In this document: in pieces, positions 11,200-20,599 of the stretch
Numbering within the stretch: position 1 is the first letter of the stretch
How the letters are laid out: each line of letters begins with the position of its first letter
Source of the DNA: Candidatus Kapaibacterium sp.
Lineage (GTDB): Bacteria > Bacteroidota > Ignavibacteria > Kapaibacteriales > UBA2268
DNA: 64,000 nt
Assembly (NCBI GenBank): GCA_963665665.1
Contig: OY762428.1
Coordinates: forward strand, 3,013,200 to 3,077,199
Direction: 5' to 3'
Program-made: the position numbers and the translations under genes
Notes under the pieces: model-generated
What the model saw: the letters and a program-made list of their open reading frames with translations, nothing else
Database searches by the model: none
What the model was told of the DNA's origin: nothing

Positions 11200-12615
11200 A
11201 TGTTCGAAGATATTTCCGCCCTGGTCGGAAGCAAAGAAAGAAAACCACCCCTGTATTCCCCTCCTCCGCGAGGAGGGGATAAGAAGTTAAATATCATAGA
11301 ATTAACTCCTCATCCTTCCGAAGGAGGTGGCCGGGGGGAGGTAGGAAGGTTCGGAAGCAAAGCACCAATGTTCGAACCTATTGCAGCCTTATTCTTCTTC
11401 AAAGCCCGCCCCTTCGGGGAGGGTTTGGGAGGGGTCAGGAATATTGCAGCAATGTTTTGCTTTATTGCTGCCTTGTTCGGAGTCATTGCCGCCCTGGTCG
11501 GAAGCAAAGCAAGAAAACCACCCCTATATTCCCCTCCTACTTTAGGAGGGGATAAGAAGTTAAATATCATAGAATTAACTCCTCATCCTTCCGAAGGAGG
11601 TGGCCGGGGGGAGGTAGGAAGGTTCGGAAGCAAAGCACCAATGTTCGAACCTATTGCAGCCTTATTCTTCTTCAAAGCCCGCCCCTTCGGGGAGGGTTTG
11701 GGAGGGGTCAGGAATATTGCAGCAATGTTTTGCTTTATTGCTGCCTTGGTCGGAGTCATTGCCGCCTTGTTCCGAAGCAAAGCAAGAAAACCACCCCTAT
11801 ATTCCCCTCCTACTTTAGGAGGGGATAAGAAGTTAAATATCATAGAATTAACTCCTCATCCTTCCGAAGGAGGTGGCCGGGGGGAGGTAGGAAGGTTCGG
11901 AAGCAAAGCACCAATGTTCGAACCTATTGCAGCCTTATTCTTCTTCAAAGCCCGCCCCTTCGGGGAGGGTTTGGGAGGGGTCAGGAATATTGCAGCAATG
12001 TTTTGCTTTATTGCTGCCTTGGTCGGAGTCATTTCCGCCTTGTTCCGAAGCAAAGCAAGAAAACCACCCCTGTATTCCCCTCCTCTGCGAGGAGGGGATA
12101 AGAAGTTAAATATCATAGAATTAACTCCCCCTTCTTCCGAAGGATGTGCCCGGGGGGAGGTAGGAAGGTTCGGAAGCAAAGCACCAAAGTTTGATGATAT
12201 TGCCGCCCTGGTCGGAAGCAAAGCAAGAAAACCACCCCTGTATTCCCCTCCTCCGCGAGGAGAGGATAAGAAGTTAAATATCATAGAATTAACTCCCCCT
12301 CCTTCCGAAGGAGGGGGGCGGGGGGAGGTAGGAAGAGTCTATGGTAATGCACCGATGTTCGAACCCATTGCCTCCTTATTTTCCATCAAAGCCCTCTCCT
12401 TCGGGGAGGGTTTGGGAGGGGTCAGAGTCATTGACGCCTTGGTCGGAGTCATTGCCGCCTTGTTCCGAAGCAAAGCAAGAAAACCACCCCTATATTCCCC
12501 TCCTACTTTAGGAGGGGATAAGAAGTTAAATATCATAGAATTAACTCCCCCTCCTTCCGAAGGATGTGCCCGGGGTGAAGTAGGAAGGGTCGAAAGCAAA
12601 GAACAAATGTTCTAA
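11200..12615. repeat. Tandem array of about five 273-bp units (one shortened to 180 bp), GC-rich, each unit carrying three UUCG/GCG-loop hairpins
   Basis: Units begin near 11241, 11514, 11787, 12060 (180-bp variant), 12240 and 12480 with over 90 percent identity. Per-unit hairpins are cccctcctc-cgc-gaggagggg, ccttc-cgaagg and cccc-ttcg-gggg. There are no stops in several frames on both strands, as expected for stop-free repeats. Confidence 0.8.
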
Positions 12616-12794
12616 GTCATTGCCGCCTTGTTTGAAGATAATGAACTCTTGGTCGACACTATTGCAGCAATGTTTTGCTTTATTGATGCCTTGTTCGAAG
12701 CTATTGCAGCAATGTTTTGCTTTATTGCTGCCTTGGTTGAAGATAATGAACTCTTGGTTGAAGCTATTGCAGCAATGTTTTGCTTTATTGCTGT

Positions 12795-12975
12795 CTTGGT
12801 CGGAGTCATTGACGCCTTGTTCGGAGTTATTGCTGCCTTGTTCAGAGTCATTGCTGCCTTGTTCAGAGTTATTGCTGCCTTGTTCGGAGTTATTGCTGCC
12901 TTGTTCAGAGTCATTGCTGCCTTGTTCAGAGTTATTGCTGCCTTGTTCGGAGTTATTGCTGCCTTGTTTGAAGAT
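12795..12975. repeat. 21-bp microsatellite array A (about 8-9 copies of attgctgccttgttcRgagtY)
   Basis: Direct visual periodicity. The motif derives from a segment of the 273-bp unit (gtcattgccgccttgttccgaagc). Confidence 0.75.
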
Positions 12976-12982
12976 AATGAGT

Positions 12983-13290
12983 AACCTCAATAAGGTCAAA
13001 CAAGTCCTCAATAAGGCTAAACAAGTCCTCAGTAAGGCTAAACAAGTCCTCAGTAAAGTCAAACAAGTCCTCAGTAAAGTCAAACAAGTCCTCAGTAAAG
13101 TCAAACAAGTCCTCAATAAAGTCAAACAAGACCTCAGTAAGGCCAAACAAGACCTCAGTAAGGCCAAACAAGACCTCAATAAGGTCAAACAAGACCTCAG
13201 TAAGGCCAAACAAGACCTCAATAAGGTCAAACAAGACCTCAGTAAGGCCAAACAAGACCTCAATAAGGCTAAACAAGTCCTCAATGAAGC
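12983..13290. repeat. 21-bp microsatellite array B (about 15 copies of aaacaagWcctcaRtaaggYc)
   Basis: Direct visual periodicity. One + frame reads a perfect heptad (KQVLSKA/KQDLSKA) up to a stop at 13321. Confidence 0.75.
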
Positions 13291-13518
13291 CAAATTTCAC
13301 TACATTAAGGCCAAACAGTAGTTCAATACCACCGGCCAGGGCAGTTTAAAGCTTTACCAATAAAGCAATTAGCCCAAACATTTGGATTCTGGTTCAAAAC
13401 AGCGTTGAAGTAAGGGAATTATCCGGTTCATTGAAACCACAGGATAGGGAATTAAGTCCGGCGGCCTGTTCATTTGGGTGGAAGAACGGGTAAACTGAGC
13501 AAAAGAATGAGGTGTTAT

Positions 13519-13653
13519 GTTGTCATTCCCCGACACGTCACCGAAAAATCGGTGCAGGCAGGGGCAGGCTTCCGGAGCTTGCGACTGAAGAATCCATCTT
13601 TCTTGCGGATAATTTATGAAGAATGGATCCTTCGCTTCGCTCAGGATGACATG
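13519..13653. repeat. Dispersed palindromic element copy B
   Basis: tgtcattcc...gagcttgcgactgaagaatccatc...ttatgaagaatggatccttcgcttcgctcaggatgacat: nested inverted repeats. Confidence 0.6.
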
Positions 13654-13952
13654 CAGTTTTACCATCGTCAAGTTCAATAGCCACGTGCTTTAGCTCGTGG
13701 ATAAAGATGCAAGGTGCGGAGGCAAAGAAAAAGAATCCACCCCGACTCGCTGCGCTTGCCACCCCTCAACTGGAGGGGAATTATTTAAGAATCCACCCCG
13801 CCCTTCGGGGAACAGTGAGCTAATGTCCCCCTCAACGAGGGGGTGGCCGTTAGGCCGGGGGAGGATTCTTCGATTTGTAATTATTAGTTTATCAATTAGG
13901 AAGTCCACCCCCGTCCTTCGGACACCCCCGCCAGCGGGGGACATTCCCATCC

Positions 13953-14030
13953 GTCATTCTGAATGAGCTTGCGACTGAAGAATCCATCTTCGTTTGCAGA
14001 TAGTGTGTGAAGAATCCACCCCTGCCTGTC
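13953..14030. repeat. Dispersed palindromic element, partial copy E
   Basis: gtcattctgaatgagcttgcgactgaagaatccatcttcg...gaagaatcca: left half only, then diverges. Confidence 0.45.
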
Positions 14031-14460
14031 CCGACGTGTCGGGAACTCGCTGCACTCGCCACCCCTCAACGAGGGGAATTTTAAGAATCCACCCCCGCCC
14101 TTCGGGCACTCGTCCTAAATTAGGAGGGGATAAGAAATTAAATATCATAGAATTAACTCCTCATCCTTCCAAAGGAGGTGGCCGGGGGGAGGTAGGAAGG
14201 GTCGGAAGCAAAGCACCGATGTTCTAAGTCATTGCCGACTTATTCTTCTTCAAAGCCATCCCCTTCGGGGAGGGTTTGGGAGGGGTCGAAAGCAATGCAC
14301 TGATGTTTTAAGCCATTGCCGCCTTATTCTTCTTCAAAGCCCTCTCCTTTGGGGAAGTTGCCACACCGCGTGTGTTTGGGAGGGGTCGTCAACTGAATTG
14401 TAATAATCAATAACTGCGACTTTACAAATTACGTGGATTCCGGTTTCAAAAATCATAAAA

Positions 14461-14497
14461 AAAGCCCCTTCAATATCAAATCAAAGGGGCTGGCTCG
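14461..14497 (-). terminator. Rho-independent terminator downstream of the cyclophilin gene (minus strand)
   Basis: aaaaaaagccccttcaatatcaaatcaaaggggctgg: stem gcccctt/aaggggc with a T-run on the minus strand. Confidence 0.55.
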
Positions 14498-14512
14498 TAA
14501 TTAAATTTCTAA

Positions 14513-15028
14513 TTAATCATTTAGCTTGACAACTTTCATTTCAATTTTATCAAGTGGTCCGTCCATGCGGTCGCGCGGGGAGTTTACGATTTTATCAGCA
14601 ACATCCATACCTTCGGTTACCTGGCCGAAAACTGTATATTGCCTGTCCAAGTGCGGAGAGTCCTGAACCATAATAAAGAACTGAGAAGTAGCGCTGTTAA
14701 TATCATTTCCTTTTCTTGCAGTTGAAAGGATGCCGCGTTTATGGGAAATGTCGCTGAATTCAGCAGGAACGGTTTTCTGGCCCGGGGCGCCCATGCCCCA
14801 TGTATTCCTGGGTTTATCTTTAGAATTCGGGTCGCCGCCCTGGATCATGAATCCGGGTATTACCCTGTGAAATGCTGTTCCGTCGTAGGAGCCTTCTTTA
14901 ACCAGGTTCTCAAAATTCGCGCAATGCTTAGGAGCAACATCCGGCCAGAGTTCCAAAATTATCTTACCCATTTCCTCACCATTCTGGCTTGCTGTCATTT
15001 CGTATTTCGGTTTATTTGTATTTTCCAT
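14513..15028 (-). CDS. ppiB: Peptidyl-prolyl cis-trans isomerase, cyclophilin type (cytoplasmic paralog)
   Basis: FHRVIPGFMIQGGDP plus downstream cyclophilin blocks (SMAN-like GKDINSATSQFFI); no signal peptide. Confidence 0.85.
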   Translation of the reverse strand: MENTNKPKYEMTASQNGEEMGKIILELWPDVAPKHCANFENLVKEGSYDGTAFHRVIPGFMIQGGDPNSKDKPRNTWGMGAPGQKTVPAEFSDISHKRGILSTARKGNDINSATSQFFIMVQDSPHLDRQYTVFGQVTEGMDVADKIVNSPRDRMDGPLDKIEMKVVKLND

Positions 15029-15038
15029 TTATCTTCCG

Positions 15039-15671
15039 TTAATCATTTAATTTAACAATTTTCATTTCAATTTTATCAAGAGGACCGTTTTTCTTATCAA
15101 CTCGTGAGTTAACTACTTTATCAGCAACGTCCATTCCACTCAGCACATGTCCGAAAACAGTATATTGTCTGTCTAAGTGCGGGGAATCTTCAACCATAAT
15201 AAAGAACTGCGAAGTTGCACTGTTTATGTCTCCGCCTTTCCTTGCAGTTGAAAGAATACCGCGTTTATGGGAAATATCGCTGAACTCAGCCGGTACTGTT
15301 TTCTGGCTCGGGTCACCCATTCCCCAGGTATTTCTTGGTTTATTTTTAGAGTTGGGGTCGCCTCCCTGAATCATAAACCCCGGTATTACCCTGTGGAATG
15401 CCGTACCATCGTAAAATCCAGTTTTAACAAGATTATCAAAGTTTGCGCAATGCTTTGGAGCTACATTCGGCCACAATTCCAGTACAATCTTTCCAAGTTC
15501 TTTTCCCTTTTGGGTAACAGTAATCTCATATTTCGGGTTTGTAGATTTTTCTATTGATTTTTCTGCTACTTTCTTTTCTTCCTTCTTTGTTGCTGTTTCT
15601 GTTGATGAGCAGGAAATCATTGTTATTGCCAGCAGCATTGCAAGCGCACTACCCATAAATTTCTTTAACAT
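15039..15671 (-). CDS. Peptidyl-prolyl cis-trans isomerase, cyclophilin type, lipoprotein paralog
   Basis: Same cyclophilin core (FHRVIPGFMIQGGDP). N-terminal signal with lipobox-like ...MISCSS. GGAGG Shine-Dalgarno 6 nt upstream of the ATG at 15671 (the ORF-track start at 15704 is less likely). Confidence 0.8.
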   Translation of the reverse strand: MLKKFMGSALAMLLAITMISCSSTETATKKEEKKVAEKSIEKSTNPKYEITVTQKGKELGKIVLELWPNVAPKHCANFDNLVKTGFYDGTAFHRVIPGFMIQGGDPNSKNKPRNTWGMGDPSQKTVPAEFSDISHKRGILSTARKGGDINSATSQFFIMVEDSPHLDRQYTVFGHVLSGMDVADKVVNSRVDKKNGPLDKIEMKIVKLND

Positions 15672-15693
15672 ATTTGCCTCCAATTCTAATAAA

Positions 15694-16398
15694 TTATTTA
15701 ACAAGTTCTTTCACTTCCACAGAAAATATTTTTATCGGTTCTTTCGGACAACCGTCGTCATCGCCTCGATCTGACGGTTCTACGTCAACGGCTCCGATAG
15801 CCTCGACAACATCCATCCCGGATATAACGTTTCCGAATATCGTATATTTTGGTTTAAGCCTTTTGGCTTCTTTCATGCAGATAAAAAACTGGCTTGTATT
15901 GGTATTCGGCCCTGCATTTGCCATCCCCACAATACCCTCGCGATAGCCGTAACGGTAAATTACATTCGTAGAATCAATTTCATCCTCGAATTCACCGTCG
16001 TAAATACTTTCGCCGCCTTCGCCCCATTCTGATTTCATACTTTTAAACCGGGTGTTACCGTCGCCTGACTGAATTACAAAACCATGCGCCACACGATGAA
16101 AAAGAATACCGTTGAAATACATTCTTTTCGAAAGTTGCACAAAATTTTCAACAGTTCGGGGAGCCTGGTTTCCGAATAACCCAATAACAATTGTTCCCAT
16201 GCTTGTCTTAATTTCTGCCTTGTGGGTATATTCCGGCAAATCATTTTTCGAAATACTATCAGATTTAACTTCCTGAGCTAAATTATTGATGGCAGAAATA
16301 TTATCGGCTTCTTTTTTACCTTCGGCCTTTGAGCCTTCAAGGCATGAACTAAGCATGATAAAACTTAAAACGAATAAAATTGTAAGTAAAGATTTCAT
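15694..16398 (-). CDS. Peptidyl-prolyl cis-trans isomerase, cyclophilin type, secreted paralog (divergent)
   Basis: FHRVAHGFVIQSGDGN core; signal peptide with LSSC lipobox; longer N-terminal extension. Confidence 0.75.
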   Translation of the reverse strand: MKSLLTILFVLSFIMLSSCLEGSKAEGKKEADNISAINNLAQEVKSDSISKNDLPEYTHKAEIKTSMGTIVIGLFGNQAPRTVENFVQLSKRMYFNGILFHRVAHGFVIQSGDGNTRFKSMKSEWGEGGESIYDGEFEDEIDSTNVIYRYGYREGIVGMANAGPNTNTSQFFICMKEAKRLKPKYTIFGNVISGMDVVEAIGAVDVEPSDRGDDDGCPKEPIKIFSVEVKELVK

Positions 16399-16517
16399 TC
16401 AAATCCAAAATTGATTAATTTTACAATTCAGACAAATTAAAAGAATATAGTTAAAATATCAATTTTCATTTTAAATTTTTAAGAAATTAAATTAAATATT
16501 CAGCATAAGGAGATAAA

Positions 16518-17294
16518 ATGAGAAAATTATTATTGCTTTTACTATTCGTTCTGTTCAATACTCCCAATCTTTCATGCGGAGAAATTCACTGCAAGCATTT
16601 TTTCATGGGAATGCCGGCAGGAGCCCCGGAGGAAAATGACCTGATTATTCGCGACACATACGCGATGAGCAACAGCCCGGAAACAAAATTTGCAGACTGG
16701 GTGGCATATCGAATTGATTCTCTATCCATAACAGGTCCGAAAAGAAAACGAAACTGGAAAGCAGACCCATTTCTTGATGATTCGGAAACACTCGAACCAA
16801 AAGATTATAAGGGGGCTGCTGCTGCATTGGGTACTGACCGGGGGCACCAGGCTCCATTAGCGTCTTTCAAAGGTTCCGATGAATGGTACACTACTAACTA
16901 TCTTTCCAATATTACCCCTCAGAAAGCTGAACTGAACCAGGGCCCCTGGAAAAGGATAGAAGATAAAGTCAGGCGTTATGTTGATACTTTTGAGTTTGTA
17001 TATGTAATTACCGGGCCTCTTTACGAACGAGTCATGCCCTTGCTGCCCCAGGCTGACGAATCACATACTATTCCAAGCGGGTATTGGAAAATCGTTATTA
17101 TTCCGGAGGACAGGAAAAAATTCCGAACCGAAGCATATATTTTCGACCAGGAAACTCCAAGGAAAGACAATCCGAATGACCATATTGTCAGTATTGATGA
17201 AATTGAAAAAAGAAGCGGGCTGGACTTCATGAGCAAATTACCCGATGATATTGAAGCAAAGGTAGAATATAGAAGATTAGGAAGAAATTATTAG
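16518..17294 (+). CDS. DNA/RNA non-specific endonuclease (Serratia NucA family), secreted
   Basis: Signal peptide; catalytic DRGH motif in GTDRGHQAPLASF and downstream N..PQ block typical of Endonuclease_NS. Confidence 0.8.
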   Translation: MRKLLLLLLFVLFNTPNLSCGEIHCKHFFMGMPAGAPEENDLIIRDTYAMSNSPETKFADWVAYRIDSLSITGPKRKRNWKADPFLDDSETLEPKDYKGAAAALGTDRGHQAPLASFKGSDEWYTTNYLSNITPQKAELNQGPWKRIEDKVRRYVDTFEFVYVITGPLYERVMPLLPQADESHTIPSGYWKIVIIPEDRKKFRTEAYIFDQETPRKDNPNDHIVSIDEIEKRSGLDFMSKLPDDIEAKVEYRRLGRNY

Positions 17295-17415
17295 CTGGTT
17301 GATTTGTGACTTATCTGATAATGTCTATCCCATAATTTCAGATATTTTATTCCACAAATAATTATTATCCGGAAGGGGATGATTTGGGTAGAACCGGATA
17401 ATTATCAGGAAGGCA

Positions 17416-19116
17416 TCAAATCCTGAAATTCCTGTGTTCCTCAAAATTCCTGTCTCTGTTTGTGATCAATTCGATAATGCAGGAACGCCCACTGCGGCCA
17501 GACCTTGTATATTGCTCACGGAATTCAGCCCGGTTTGCAGGTTTATAATAATCCAGGCCGAACATGGCCGCTGCATTTTCAAAGCCGAGATTATGGGGGG
17601 TGGAGAAATATTCGCGAAAATGTTCCTCGCCGGAAACAGGAAGGAAATTGAATATACCGCCGCCATGATTATTGATAATTATTATTGTCAGCTTTTCCCT
17701 GATTTTCGATGCAAGCTCCAGGCCGTTCAGGTCGTGCAGTGCCGACAGGTCTCCGCAAACGAGAGTGCAGTCGGCTCCGTTCCCTGCGGCAAAACCACAT
17801 GCCGAGGAAATAACACCATCTATGCCGCTGGCGCCCCTGTTCGCGGCAACTTTCGTGTTTGCATCATTCCTAAGCGGGAACATGTCAAAGTCCCTTATGG
17901 GCATACTGCTTGCAAGAAATAATAACTCGTCACTGCTGATAATGTCAAGCAAATCCGCCGGCAGAGCAATCTCACTTAAATCATCGCCTGCCTGCAAGTG
18001 TGTATTCAAAGCTGATTGAGCCGCAATATTCAGTTCAGCCCAGGATTCGAGGTATTCACCACTTCCTGTTTTTAAATCAATTGAATCGCAGAAATACTCA
18101 ATATCTGCTACAATCCTGTTTTTGACAATATTTCCCTGATCAATCCTGACAGGATCGTTATTGACAAGGAAGTAATTTGGCGGATTGGTTCTTTCAAGAT
18201 ATTGCTGCAATGCCTTGGATATAACAGGCCCCCCAAAATGAAGTATAAAATCAGGATTTTGCGGCTGAATTCCCTGGTTAATTATCCTGTCGTAATAATT
18301 AATAACTTTATCTGATGAAGAAAATTTCAGTCTGCTGAGGATATCGGGAAACAATGGCAGGTTCAGGCTTTCGCTCAATTTCAGAACAGCTTCACTGTCG
18401 GCGGACTTTCTCATTCTTCCGGCAATTATAATTATATTATTGAAATTTTTGAGTTTAGCGGATATATTTTCAATTGTTTTCTCATCCGGAATGTTATTTC
18501 CGGCTGAATACTGAGTGAAAGCAATGCCGGATTTTTCCCATTTATTAATATTATCGCTAATATCATTAACTTCATCGTCGGATATAAGGGGCTCCCTGAA
18601 ACTGAAATTCAGGTGAACGGGCCCTGCCGGAGAATTTTTGGCCGTGAATACAGCGTAATCCACAGATGAAAGTAATGATTCGCGGGGATATCCGCTTTCG
18701 GCAGCAGGGAAATTAAAATTCCGACGCGTGTATTTTTCAAATATATTTACCTGGTCGATAGTCTGGTTGGCGCTGCATTCCCAGAGTTCCGGAGGCCTGT
18801 CGGCTGTAAGAATAATCAGGGGGAGGCGGTCGTAGGAAGCTTCGACGACTGCGGGAAGGTAGTTTGCCACTGCCGTACCTGAAGTGCAAATCAGCGCAGC
18901 CGGTTTCCCGGTACGGGCGTAACCAACAGCGGCATAAGCGGCTCCGCGTTCGTCGTAACAAATTGTTTTTATTGCATTGGGATTTTCAGCGGCGGCCAAA
19001 GTTAGCGGTGTTGAGCGCGAGCCTGGCGAAATATAAAATTGAACAACGCCGTTTCTGACCAGTTCCTCTATTACAAGCGAAGCGTTAAAGCTGTTGTCGC
19101 ATCTTCTATTTATCAT
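17416..19116 (-). CDS. menD: 2-succinyl-5-enolpyruvyl-6-hydroxy-3-cyclohexene-1-carboxylate synthase (ThDP-dependent)
   Basis: Blocks PGSRSTPLTLAAAEN, TSGTAVANYLPAVVEA, ILTADRPPEL, NRGASGIDG and GDLSALHDLN match MenD across the full length. Confidence 0.9.
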   Translation of the reverse strand: MINRRCDNSFNASLVIEELVRNGVVQFYISPGSRSTPLTLAAAENPNAIKTICYDERGAAYAAVGYARTGKPAALICTSGTAVANYLPAVVEASYDRLPLIILTADRPPELWECSANQTIDQVNIFEKYTRRNFNFPAAESGYPRESLLSSVDYAVFTAKNSPAGPVHLNFSFREPLISDDEVNDISDNINKWEKSGIAFTQYSAGNNIPDEKTIENISAKLKNFNNIIIIAGRMRKSADSEAVLKLSESLNLPLFPDILSRLKFSSSDKVINYYDRIINQGIQPQNPDFILHFGGPVISKALQQYLERTNPPNYFLVNNDPVRIDQGNIVKNRIVADIEYFCDSIDLKTGSGEYLESWAELNIAAQSALNTHLQAGDDLSEIALPADLLDIISSDELLFLASSMPIRDFDMFPLRNDANTKVAANRGASGIDGVISSACGFAAGNGADCTLVCGDLSALHDLNGLELASKIREKLTIIIINNHGGGIFNFLPVSGEEHFREYFSTPHNLGFENAAAMFGLDYYKPANRAEFREQYTRSGRSGRSCIIELITNRDRNFEEHRNFRI

Positions 19117-20476
19117 TTTTGAATATCCCGATAAAATTCTTCATCTTGTTGTCAATTTCCGACCATTCCATATCAGCGTCGGAATCAGGTACAATTCCAG
19201 CGCCGGTATATAAAATCAATTCCCCGTTATAATATAGCCCTGATCTGATAGCCACGCAATAGTCCGCTTCGCCTTTTTTCTCCCAGCCGATGGGAGCCGC
19301 GTACAGCCCGCGGCAGAATCCTTCGATTTCACGTATTTTTTCAAGGGAAAGTTTCTGTGGAATACCACCGACAGCCGGGGTAGGGTGAAGTATATCAATA
19401 ATATTTTCATTACTGATATTCTGCTTCAGGATTCCCCGGAATTTTGTAAACAGGTGCTGAACAGTTGGAAGTTTCATAAGGGATTTGCTTTCCGGAAATG
19501 AAAATTCCGAGCAGGTTTCTTTATAGGATTCTTTCAGGAAAGAAATTACAATATCATGTTCGTAATTATCTTTCCCGCTTTCGAGCAGTTCCTTCCCAAG
19601 TAGTTCGTCTTCTTCGGCTGCCGCGCCGCGCCTTGTTGTTCCTGCAAGGGCGTCGGATTCAATATCCTGGCCATTTCTTTTAAACAATCGTTCAGGAGTT
19701 GCTCCCATAAAAGCCATTCCATTTTTTGTGCCAATAAAAAACCGGGTTGAGAACGGCCTTTTTTCCAACAACTTTATGAAAATATCTTCAGGGCTGATTT
19801 GGTTTTCGAATTTTATCCGGTTTTTCCTGCAAAGAACAATTTTTTCCATTCTTTCACTGCTGAATAGTTTGCCAGCATCGGACATCATCCTTTTCCAATC
19901 ATCCTTTCCAGTTATATTTTCTATCTCGCTGATAACCGGGCTTGTACTTATTTCAGTATTTTTACCATTTTCTGAAGTAAATATATTATCAATTATGGAA
20001 ATGAATTTTTCTGAGGATTCAACTGGTATATTGAAGTAAAGATATTCTTTGTCGTTATTTCTTTCGTAACCGAACAGGGGCAGGAAAGAATTTATTTTGT
20101 TGAATCTATCCCAGTAGCTATTTTGTAGTGAGTCTTTCTGTAAAGCGCTGAACATTCTCCATTTGAAAATTCTTACTTCATCAGATAAACCTGTTATATC
20201 AACATTGGGAATTTGCAGGCTGTTGAGTTCCTCTTTATTCAATAGATTAATATAACCAGCAATTTCCAGTTTGTCTTCCCTGTCTAACCAATATATTTTG
20301 TTTACGGAATCTAAATTTTTAAAAAAGGAATATTTATTGAAAGAGCTGATATTATTAATAATAATTCTGCAAACCCATATATTGCCTTTGGATAATATTG
20401 GGTTTATATCAGCAAAATAGTTCGTGAGATAAGCTTTAAGGTTGTTGATATTAAATGTTTCTTTCATCAAATACAA
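19106..20476 (-). CDS. menF: Isochorismate synthase (menaquinone-specific)
   Basis: Chorismate-binding C-terminal domain (GGIPQK...AAPIGW...VAIRSGL...GAGIV). Overlaps menD by 11 nt, so an operon. Confidence 0.75.
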   Translation of the reverse strand: MYLMKETFNINNLKAYLTNYFADINPILSKGNIWVCRIIINNISSFNKYSFFKNLDSVNKIYWLDREDKLEIAGYINLLNKEELNSLQIPNVDITGLSDEVRIFKWRMFSALQKDSLQNSYWDRFNKINSFLPLFGYERNNDKEYLYFNIPVESSEKFISIIDNIFTSENGKNTEISTSPVISEIENITGKDDWKRMMSDAGKLFSSERMEKIVLCRKNRIKFENQISPEDIFIKLLEKRPFSTRFFIGTKNGMAFMGATPERLFKRNGQDIESDALAGTTRRGAAAEEDELLGKELLESGKDNYEHDIVISFLKESYKETCSEFSFPESKSLMKLPTVQHLFTKFRGILKQNISNENIIDILHPTPAVGGIPQKLSLEKIREIEGFCRGLYAAPIGWEKKGEADYCVAIRSGLYYNGELILYTGAGIVPDSDADMEWSEIDNKMKNFIGIFKNDK

Positions 20477-20599
20477 TAAAATTAGTGATAACAGGTTTAA
20501 TAATCACAGAATTCATTCAAAATAATAATTTTATTCTGTATAAAAAATTGATTATTTTGCAATATTGAAGTTTAAAGTAAAGCAGAACGGCAACTACAC

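Larger units (their letters stand above)
13300..14400. repeat. Degenerate repeat zone: fragments of the 273-bp unit, aagaatccaccccgcccttcgggg-type repeats, palindromic-element copies and the right boundary repeat
   Basis: aagaatccacccc(g)cccttcggg occurs at least three times (13790, 13905, 14085). A partial 273-bp unit lies at 14150-14330. The boundary repeat is at 14318-14390. Confidence 0.6.

Noticed and set aside
11310-12599. Minus-strand ORFs of 86-142 aa (11310..11570, 11583..11843, 11856..12284, 12339..12599) and plus-strand ORFs in the repeat island (11200..12615, 12628..12984, 12541..13293 etc.)
   Set aside because: They are near-identical to one another simply because they tile the 273-bp repeat, and both strands and several frames are open at once. 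Stop-free GC-rich repeats generate such ORFs by chance. They are kept only as a low-probability repeat-protein hypothesis in the findings.
11100-14400. Possible CRISPR array, suggested by the regular repeats
   Set aside because: Repeat periods are 273 bp and 21 bp with no interspersed unique spacers of 25-50 bp, and no cas genes in the window. This is tandem-repeat/satellite-like, not CRISPR.
17434-18019. Plus-strand ORFs antisense to menD (162 and 115 aa)
   Set aside because: menD is confidently identified on the minus strand across the whole interval.
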